From positions 1-11,480 of the forward strand of contig CAYVLA010000106.1 of the NCBI GenBank assembly GCA_964452145.1: a DNA stretch of 11,480 nt, given 5' to 3'. The stretch comes from Candidatus Hadarchaeota archaeon. Its GTDB lineage: Archaea; CAYQAE01; CAYVLA01. The translations under genes and the position numbers were made by a program. A model generated the notes under the pieces. That model ran no database searches. It saw only the letters and a program-made list of their open reading frames with translations, and was not told the DNA's origin. Of the stretch, positions 1 to 6,079 are shown piece by piece (the stretch's first letter is position 1; each line of letters opens with the position of its first letter).

Positions 1-1778
1 CGCAGTAGAAGCCGCATGCCGCCTCCCATGACTCGTGCGGCCTTGGCCAAGATGCTCTCAACCAGGGTCGGTTCGCCCGTCCGGGAGAGGTTGCGGCTGT
101 CGTTGGGCTCCACCATCTGTGCCGGGGCTTGCCTTGTCAACTCGTCGAGCCTAACTACAAGCTCCGAGTTCCGCTGCTGAAGGTCCTCCAGGGCCAGACT
201 GACCCCGTCCGCGACGGCCTCCAGGCGCGCCTTCTCCTCCTCCAAGCCCGCCATCTGATCCTCGAGCTGATCTGCGAGCTCCTCCAGTCTGGATATCTCC
301 AGTTCCCTTTCCTGCAGAACGCCGAGGAGGCGGGCTTTCTCGGCAGTCAAGCTGTGGACCATCGCCTGCTGCAGGCTCGCGTTAGCCTCGACCTCCTCCA
401 GCACCGTTTCGATCTGGGTTATGCGGGACCGTAGTTGCAGCAGGCCTTGCGCGTAGGCCTCCTTCGCGGCCTCCAGTTCCTCGCTGACGGCGGCATGGGA
501 AGCCGTGGCGGATTGGAGGGCATCCTCCAATGATGCTATCCGGAGCGAGAGGCTCAGCTTCTCGGATTCCAGCTCGGAGATCGTCTCCTGGTTGGCCCGG
601 GCCTGGGCCATGGCCGCCTCGATCCTGGCCAGCAGTTCTGCGGCAGCGGTGATCTGGGACTGCAGATCGTCCTCCAGGTCGGCCTTCTGACGCTCCAATT
701 GGGAGACCTGCTCAACTAGCGAATCGACACGGTCCTGCAGCGCGCTCTTGTCGGACGAGAGGCTGGCGATCTGGGAGTTCAGCAGGTCGATCTGGGCCTG
801 GTAGAACGCGATCAGCTCCGTCACATTGACTCCGACCTCAACGCCGACGGTGCGACTGGACGAAAGCCCGCCGGGATCTGAGACCTTGAGGGTGATCGTG
901 TCGTATCCCGGCGAGGACCCTGCTGTGACCCAGAGGAGGTGCGATTCGATGTGAGAGGTGACCAGTTCGCCTCCGGAGACCTCCCACGTCAAGCTTGTGG
1001 CACAATCGTCAGGGTCCGACGCGTACCCGGACAAGTTCAGGCTGACGGAGGATCCCTGCTTGAGGATGATGGCGGGGATCTCCAGGATGGCCGGAGGATC
1101 GTTAACCGGAGTTATGTAGACCTGGATGCGTCCCGTCGCGGTGGACGAGGAGTCCGAGACCTGCACGACGACGGAATCCTCCAGTACGCCTTCCGGGTAC
1201 TGGAATCGCAGAACCCTTCCCGACACCGTTACATACGCGCTGCTGACCGTGATCCGCAGACCTGCAAGTGGGGTATCCGGGTCGGAGAGGTAGGGATCCA
1301 GGTCGAGTTCCCAAGCGACGTCCTCAAGCCCCCTCTGGTCGGGGATGGGCGATATCGAGGGCGGCCGGTTCCTCTGCGCGTTCAGGTTGACCGTGGTGGT
1401 GCCGGCGGAAAGCGTGGCCGTTGCCTCTCCGATCACGGTCGGGTCGTCCACGCATACGCGCACGGAATCCCCGGTGTTGAACTGGGACACATCGCCCGTG
1501 TCGTATCTACCTTGGCCCCGGAGGAACGGTGGCACGTTGGGACCGTCGACCTGGACGGTGGTGGAGAATCCCTGGGAGATATCGTAGATGCGGATGCTGG
1601 TCCCGAAGCTGGCCGGTGCCCCATCAATGGTCACCACGCCGGCAACGGCGTTGACATCCAGATCGGCCCACACATTGGTGCACACGCAGGCCAAGACCAG
1701 CAGGATCGCGGCCTTCCCGGCGTGTCCGTTACCACGAGCAGCGATCGAATACCAGCGGCGCAAGGCTTCGTCAGGCAT
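1..1778 (-). CDS. Secreted/surface protein: N-terminal beta domain + 2 cadherin-like (Ig) repeats + long coiled coil (3' end outside window)
   Basis: Translated by hand because it has no stop in the window and is absent from the ORF track. ATG is at 1778, there is an in-frame TAA upstream at 1835-1833, and the frame is open for 592 codons to the edge. It begins MPDEALRRWYSIAARGNGHAGKAAILLVLACVCTNVWADLDVNAVAGVVTIDGAPASFGTSIRI, a signal-like h-region. Repeats NRPPSISPIPDQ..EDVAWELDLDPYLSDPD..VQVSD and VNDPPAILEIP..LNLSGYASDPD..LKVSDPGG follow, then the heptad-rich QAQIDLLNSQIASLSSDKSALQDRVDSL...LQQRNSELVVRLDELTRQ. Purine-rich AGGAAGGGGG lies upstream. Confidence 0.88.
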   Translation of the reverse strand, partial: MPDEALRRWYSIAARGNGHAGKAAILLVLACVCTNVWADLDVNAVAGVVTIDGAPASFGTSIRIYDISQGFSTTVQVDGPNVPPFLRGQGRYDTGDVSQFNTGDSVRVCVDDPTVIGEATATLSAGTTTVNLNAQRNRPPSISPIPDQRGLEDVAWELDLDPYLSDPDTPLAGLRITVSSAYVTVSGRVLRFQYPEGVLEDSVVVQVSDSSSTATGRIQVYITPVNDPPAILEIPAIILKQGSSVSLNLSGYASDPDDCATSLTWEVSGGELVTSHIESHLLWVTAGSSPGYDTITLKVSDPGGLSSSRTVGVEVGVNVTELIAFYQAQIDLLNSQIASLSSDKSALQDRVDSLVEQVSQLERQKADLEDDLQSQITAAAELLARIEAAMAQARANQETISELESEKLSLSLRIASLEDALQSATASHAAVSEELEAAKEAYAQGLLQLRSRITQIETVLEEVEANASLQQAMVHSLTAEKARLLGVLQERELEISRLEELADQLEDQMAGLEEEKARLEAVADGVSLALEDLQQRNSELVVRLDELTRQAPAQMVEPNDSRNLSRTGEPTLVESILAKAARVMGGGMRLLL

Positions 1779-1831
1779 TTCGGAAGCGGCCCCCTTCCTG
1801 AATCTCGATATCGCAAGTGTGATCTCCCGCC

Positions 1832-1850
1832 ATTAAATGCTCTTTGACTT
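1832..1850 (-). promoter_or_regulatory. Putative archaeal BRE/TATA promoter for the surface-protein gene
   Basis: The minus strand reads AAGTCAAAGAGCATTTAAT, with TTTAAT at 1837-1832 about 55 nt upstream of ATG 1778, in the AT-richer divergent intergenic region. Confidence 0.4.
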
Positions 1851-1968
1851 GATAGGTCAAGATCGGATGATTCGCAATCGATTTCGCATATTCCGCGAAT
1901 ATGTAACCGAGGCGTGTTCCCGCCTTGCTGCACGAGGATCGGGGAAGAGGAAGGGGAAGGGATACTGC

Positions 1969-1974
1969 TTTAAA
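1969..1974 (+). promoter_or_regulatory. Putative archaeal TATA box for the TIM-barrel/UroD-like operon
   Basis: TTTAAA ends 33 nt before ATG 2007 and is preceded by a 22-nt pure purine tract (1941-1962). The spacing suits a short-leader archaeal transcript. Confidence 0.55.
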
Positions 1975-2006
1975 CCCGGATGATCAACCCCCCGACCGGG
2001 AAGAAT

Positions 2007-2816
2007 ATGAAGCTGTCGTGCAACACGGTGCTCTTCGGGGGCTTCTCCCTGGAGACCGCCCTGAGAAACATCGCCCGCTGCGGATATCACGGTGCCGAGC
2101 TTGCGGCCCTTCCGGGAATGGCGCCGCACATCGGTGAGAACGCCTCAAAGGGGTTTCTCGACCAGGTCCAGGCGATGGCCAAGGAGCATTCCCTCGAGCT
2201 GAGCTCGATCGAAGCGGGAGGCGTCGGGGAGCGCTTCGAAACGGTCCTGCAGACCGCAGCCGGTCTGGGGATACCCGTCGTCGCAATAGGCTCGGGCGGG
2301 AAGATGAACGACGAGGCCTCCTTCGGAGAGGTCGTGAGCCGGGTGAGGGCTGCCGGGGAGATGGCCGAGAAGCACGGCGTCAAGATCGCTGTCAAGGCCC
2401 ATGTCAATGCCGCGGTGTACAACTCGGCAACATGCCTCAGACTGCTGCGGGAGGTGGATTCCAGATCCGTTGGCATCAATCTCGACCCGTCACACATCTT
2501 CAGGGCGGGGGAGAAGCCGGAAGAGGCTGTGACCAGGATCGGAAAGGGCATCATCCACTGCCACTTCAGGGATGCTCCCCAGGCCGAGATGGGCCCGCCG
2601 GGAACGCCTTTCGAGCAGATCCCGGGGACGGGAAGGATAGACCTGGGAGCCACCGTGACCGCCCTGCGAGAGGCAGGTTACCAGGGCTACCTGAGCCTTG
2701 AGGTCATCGGTGGAGGAACACCTTTCAGAAGCATGCCCGAGCTGGATCTGGTGGCGATCTGCGCAAGATCGCAAGGATACATGCTCAGGTTGCTTGGAGA
2801 GGCCGGGATCCGCTGA
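2007..2816 (+). CDS. Sugar phosphate isomerase/epimerase family (xylose isomerase-like TIM barrel)
   Basis: Motifs: LETALRNIARCGYHGAEL, AEKHGVKIAV, INLDPSH, IIHCHFRD, PGTGRID and GYQGYLSLE. The start was placed at the second ATG (MKLSCNT), which fits the family N-terminus and the TATA position; the ORF track starts at 1980. Confidence 0.9.
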   Translation: MKLSCNTVLFGGFSLETALRNIARCGYHGAELAALPGMAPHIGENASKGFLDQVQAMAKEHSLELSSIEAGGVGERFETVLQTAAGLGIPVVAIGSGGKMNDEASFGEVVSRVRAAGEMAEKHGVKIAVKAHVNAAVYNSATCLRLLREVDSRSVGINLDPSHIFRAGEKPEEAVTRIGKGIIHCHFRDAPQAEMGPPGTPFEQIPGTGRIDLGATVTALREAGYQGYLSLEVIGGGTPFRSMPELDLVAICARSQGYMLRLLGEAGIR

Positions 2817-2838
2817 TTCCGGGAGGAGACCCGGAATC
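2815..2838 (+). other. Perfect 9-bp hairpin overlapping the stop codon of the TIM-barrel gene
   Basis: GATTCCGGG (2815-2823), loop AGGAGA, CCCGGAATC (2830-2838). No U-tract follows. Confidence 0.6.
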
Positions 2839-2916
2839 CGGCCATCCGGCTGCCGGCCGCTCAGGCCAGATAGGGCGAGAACGATGCCCAGCCAGGTCAG
2901 GCATCAACCGTCAGGG

Positions 2917-3987
2917 ATGTCGGTGAGGGAGAACTTTCTTCGCGCCGTCGAGATGAGGAGCCCAGAATGGATCCCATGCCGGGTCTCGTTCCTCCACCAG
3001 GTGTGGCGAAAATACAGGGAGGATCTGGAGGCCCTGGTCCTCCGCCACCCCGCCATCTTTGGCAACTACGTGCCGGATTCGACCGACTACGATTACCTCG
3101 GCGTGCAGTACCGCGGCAACAGGGTAATCGACGAATGGAAGTGCGTATGGTTGTACGCCAAGGACGGCATGACGGGCCAGGTCGTGGAGCATCCGCTCGA
3201 TGACTGGGGAAAGCTTTCGTCCTATAGGCCGCCCGAGTACCCGCTCTGGGGACCCCCCGACGGCGGAGGACGGCCCATCAAGGCCAGCTGGTACTGGGTC
3301 GACAGATCGCTGAGGAAGGCCAGAGAGGAGGGGAGGCTGACCGTTGGAAGCGTGCCGCACGGCTTCATGTTCATGCGTCTGCAATTCCTCCGGGGGTTCA
3401 AGAACCTCATGATGGATTTCGTAAGAGAGGACCCGAGGCTCGATGACCTGATAGCCATGGTTCTGGACAGGAATCTATCCCTGATCGATAGATGGCTCGA
3501 GCTGGGTCCTCTTGACATGCTGCGCTTCGGAGACGATCTCGGAATGCAGGACCGCATGCCCGTCAGGCCCGAGGTCTTCAGGAGATACATCATCCCCGCC
3601 TACGAGGAGATGTTCGGAAGAATTCGGGATGCCGGAAGCCACGTCTATCTGCACAGCGACGGCTACTTTCTGGACGTGATGGATGACCTCATCCGATCCG
3701 GCGTCACCGTGCTGAACCCCCAGGACGCCCTCCACGGCTTTGCGAGCCTGAAGAGGACGCTGAAGGGCAAGGTCTGCATAGATCTGGACATTGACAGGCA
3801 GCACCTACTGCCCAGGGGCAGCCGCAAGGAGATCCTCGACCACATCGGTGCCGCGGTCAGACATCTGGGATCGCGCCGAGGCGGCCTCATGCTCTTCGCC
3901 GGGGTGGCCGAGGATGTGCCCCTGTCAAACATCGAATCCGTTTGTCAAGCCATGGAGCGATTCCAGCGCCGCAACGCCCCGGAATGA
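2917..3987 (+). CDS. Uroporphyrinogen decarboxylase/MtaA-CmuA superfamily protein (not true HemE)
   Basis: Family-type N-terminus MSVRENFLRAV..PEWIP. Further motifs: DEWKCVW, EHPLDDW, LRGFKNLMMD, FGDDLGMQ, YLHSDG, IDRQHLLPRGS, GGLML and VPLSNI. Alternative ATG at 2884. The ORF-track start at 2698 overlaps the upstream gene and is unlikely. Confidence 0.85.
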   Translation: MSVRENFLRAVEMRSPEWIPCRVSFLHQVWRKYREDLEALVLRHPAIFGNYVPDSTDYDYLGVQYRGNRVIDEWKCVWLYAKDGMTGQVVEHPLDDWGKLSSYRPPEYPLWGPPDGGGRPIKASWYWVDRSLRKAREEGRLTVGSVPHGFMFMRLQFLRGFKNLMMDFVREDPRLDDLIAMVLDRNLSLIDRWLELGPLDMLRFGDDLGMQDRMPVRPEVFRRYIIPAYEEMFGRIRDAGSHVYLHSDGYFLDVMDDLIRSGVTVLNPQDALHGFASLKRTLKGKVCIDLDIDRQHLLPRGSRKEILDHIGAAVRHLGSRRGGLMLFAGVAEDVPLSNIESVCQAMERFQRRNAPE

Positions 3988-4002
3988 GGCCGCGGGTCGG
4001 CA

Positions 4003-5043
4003 TCAGGGTGCGGGGACCGGAACCGGCTCAACGACCTTGCCTGTCTCGTGCGATCCTATCGCCGCCTCTATGATCTCCTGAACCGCCAAGCCCTCCTCTC
4101 CCGAACCCTCGATCCCTGACCTGGGGACGCCCTGGGAGATCTGCTCGAGGAACCTGTGGATGCGGCGCTGAAAAGTGTCCACAGGCTCGTCTCTCACCGT
4201 CGCGAAGCAGGGCGAGTCGGCGTATCTGTGGAGGGTTAGCGTGTCGTTCTGGTCGTCCAGAACGAATCTGCCCTCCGTGCCCGCGAACTCCCACCTCTGC
4301 CAGCCGGTGCCGAGCCCGGCTGGAAGATCCCGGCTGCTCATCAGGTGGCCGACGGCGCCTCCTTTGAACAGCATGTTTATGGACACGGAGCTGAGCATGG
4401 CGTCGCCAGCCTTCGCTCTGAAGCTGGGCTGTCCCAGGAAGGCCTGCACCTTGACCACGTCCCCGAAGAAGTGCCTCCCGATATCCAGGGGGTGGGGAAG
4501 GAAGGCCCGGACGTGGAAGTAGGGGTATCCCCTCACCCTGGGGGAGTCCGCAGGCCGGTAGGATCGCGAGTAGCCGATCCACATGGACAGCCTGCAGAAG
4601 ATATCCTCGCCCATATGGTCTGCCTGGAAGGCCTTCGCCCTCTCGATCAGGGGCACGAAGCGGTGGTTCAGGTTTATCCCGAAGTACAGATCACGCCTCC
4701 TAGCCTCTGCCACCATATCCCGTCCCTCCTCGATCACGTTGGAGATGGGTTTCTCGCAGAGGACGTGCTTGCCTGCCCTGAGGCATTGCATGACGGGCTC
4801 GTAGTGTAGGGAGCCATTCTCATGGCCGCCCGTGCAGACCCCGACAAGGTCGAGTTCCTCCCGATCGAGCATCTCCTGGACGCTGTAGTAGGGCTTCACC
4901 CCCAGCTCCTTGGCCGTCGAGTCAGCCTTCTCCTTGACTATGTCGCAGACGCAGCGCAGACTTGAAAGGGGATCTGCCTTGTAGACCTTGGCGTGGGCCA
5001 TGCCGATCCCACCCATGCCGACGACCCCGACCTTGACGGGCAT
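4003..5043 (-). CDS. Gfo/Idh/MocA family NAD(P)-dependent oxidoreductase
   Basis: Rossmann motif VGVVGMGGIG, plus AGKHVLCEKPIS, NHRFVP, HPLD, GTEG and the C-terminal GLAVQEIIEAAIGSHETGKVV. Convergent with the UroD-like gene across a 15-nt gap. Confidence 0.93.
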   Translation of the reverse strand: MPVKVGVVGMGGIGMAHAKVYKADPLSSLRCVCDIVKEKADSTAKELGVKPYYSVQEMLDREELDLVGVCTGGHENGSLHYEPVMQCLRAGKHVLCEKPISNVIEEGRDMVAEARRRDLYFGINLNHRFVPLIERAKAFQADHMGEDIFCRLSMWIGYSRSYRPADSPRVRGYPYFHVRAFLPHPLDIGRHFFGDVVKVQAFLGQPSFRAKAGDAMLSSVSINMLFKGGAVGHLMSSRDLPAGLGTGWQRWEFAGTEGRFVLDDQNDTLTLHRYADSPCFATVRDEPVDTFQRRIHRFLEQISQGVPRSGIEGSGEEGLAVQEIIEAAIGSHETGKVVEPVPVPAP

Positions 5044-5153
5044 GGTTGGCCCGGATCGGCCTGGGCAGAAAAATGGATCGGGCCCATGTCACATCCCGAT
5101 CATGCCATCTCTGGATCGGTCACGATCCGGTGGGCAGACATCGCCCGGATGGC

Positions 5154-5945
5154 CTAGAGGCTCATCACCAGCCCGACCAGGAGATCGCCTAGGAACAACG
5201 TGATGAAGAATGCTACCAGCATGGGAGCGATGAACGGAACGTAAGGGAAGGCCCAGATGGGGTCATCGTCCGATAGACGGCTCCGGACCTTGCTGATGAT
5301 CGCCCTCTCCTCATCCTCGTCAAGTATGCCCCTCGAGTAACGGAGCACCCGGATCTCCCCCGTCTCTGCCTCCTCGAATCGCTCCAACGGTATCAGGAAG
5401 CTGGGACGGAGGTTGCCGACCCTGGTCCGGTATCCCACGAAGAATGCCGGGATGGTTCTGAGCCCGATGCGGCCGATCCTTCCCCTCGCCAGGTCGTGGA
5501 CGTTCCTGGCCAGCAGGCCCAGGGGCACGAGGAGGGATACCAGGAGCGAGTTCACAAGCCATGAGAGGCTGAACATGGGCAGGATCCTCCGACCAACCGG
5601 TGCAAAGGGGTTCACCAACCTGAGGGACGGAAGGGGGGAGGCGACGATGATGGGGAAGACCGTCGACACGCCTATCAGCATCTTGCAGTCAGCTCCTCCC
5701 ATCGATCCTGCGTAGAATATGGCAAGAGCCAGGGCGAATCCGATTCCTCCTGAGGCAAGCGCCAGGATCAGCGGCATGGCCGTCCCCGAAGCAAAGGAAT
5801 CGAAGATGGCGAATCCAACGCCTCCTGCAACGAGGGCAACGGGTACCCAGTTCTCCACCTCCCTCCGGGTGAGGTCGCCGTACGCGGCGTATGCCAGCAG
5901 CACCGACGAGAACGCCATCCTTCCGAGGAAGGCCGTTGTATTCAA
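5154..5945 (-). CDS. Archaeal prepilin/preflagellin peptidase, family A24 (FlaK/PibD-like)
   Basis: Multi-pass hydrophobic protein with both catalytic Asp motifs (AYGDLTRREV and MGGADCK) and the C-terminal IWAFPYVPFIAPML signature. The TTG start is preceded by GGTGGAG. Confidence 0.92.
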   Translation of the reverse strand: MNTTAFLGRMAFSSVLLAYAAYGDLTRREVENWVPVALVAGGVGFAIFDSFASGTAMPLILALASGGIGFALALAIFYAGSMGGADCKMLIGVSTVFPIIVASPLPSLRLVNPFAPVGRRILPMFSLSWLVNSLLVSLLVPLGLLARNVHDLARGRIGRIGLRTIPAFFVGYRTRVGNLRPSFLIPLERFEEAETGEIRVLRYSRGILDEDEERAIISKVRSRLSDDDPIWAFPYVPFIAPMLVAFFITLFLGDLLVGLVMSL

Positions 5946-5997
5946 GGCTCCACCCGCATGGCTCCGACCGGCCGTCTCCCAGGCACTGGGTGCTTCC

Positions 5998-6010
5998 TCT
6001 TAACTTTCTC
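5998..6010 (-). promoter_or_regulatory. Putative BRE-TATA promoter of the prepilin peptidase gene
   Basis: The minus strand reads GAGAAAGTTAAGA, the main AT-rich patch in the 134-nt gap, about 55 nt upstream of TTG 5945. Confidence 0.5.
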
Positions 6011-6079
6011 GGAGCACTGATCCCCGGGATTGGCACATCCCGGCTTCGCCAACGGCGATGGGGCGTGGGGATGATCGCC

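Noticed and set aside
130..820. SMC/chromosome-segregation protein suggested by the long coiled coil
   Set aside because: There is no Walker A motif, and the protein begins with a signal-like peptide and cadherin-like repeats.
939..1847. 302-aa plus-strand ORF (and the smaller plus ORFs at 129-434, 505-690, 1345-1587, 1588-1836)
   Set aside because: Antisense shadows of the cadherin/coiled-coil gene. They show no family motifs, and long shadow ORFs are expected at high GC.
2698..2916. N-terminal extension of the UroD-like ORF in the ORF track
   Set aside because: It overlaps the upstream gene by 119 nt, crosses a hairpin and is low-complexity R/P/S/G sequence. Family-like sequence starts at 2917.
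2917..3987. Calling this gene hemE or mtaA
   Set aside because: The diagnostic motifs of both are absent and there is no tetrapyrrole or corrinoid gene context.
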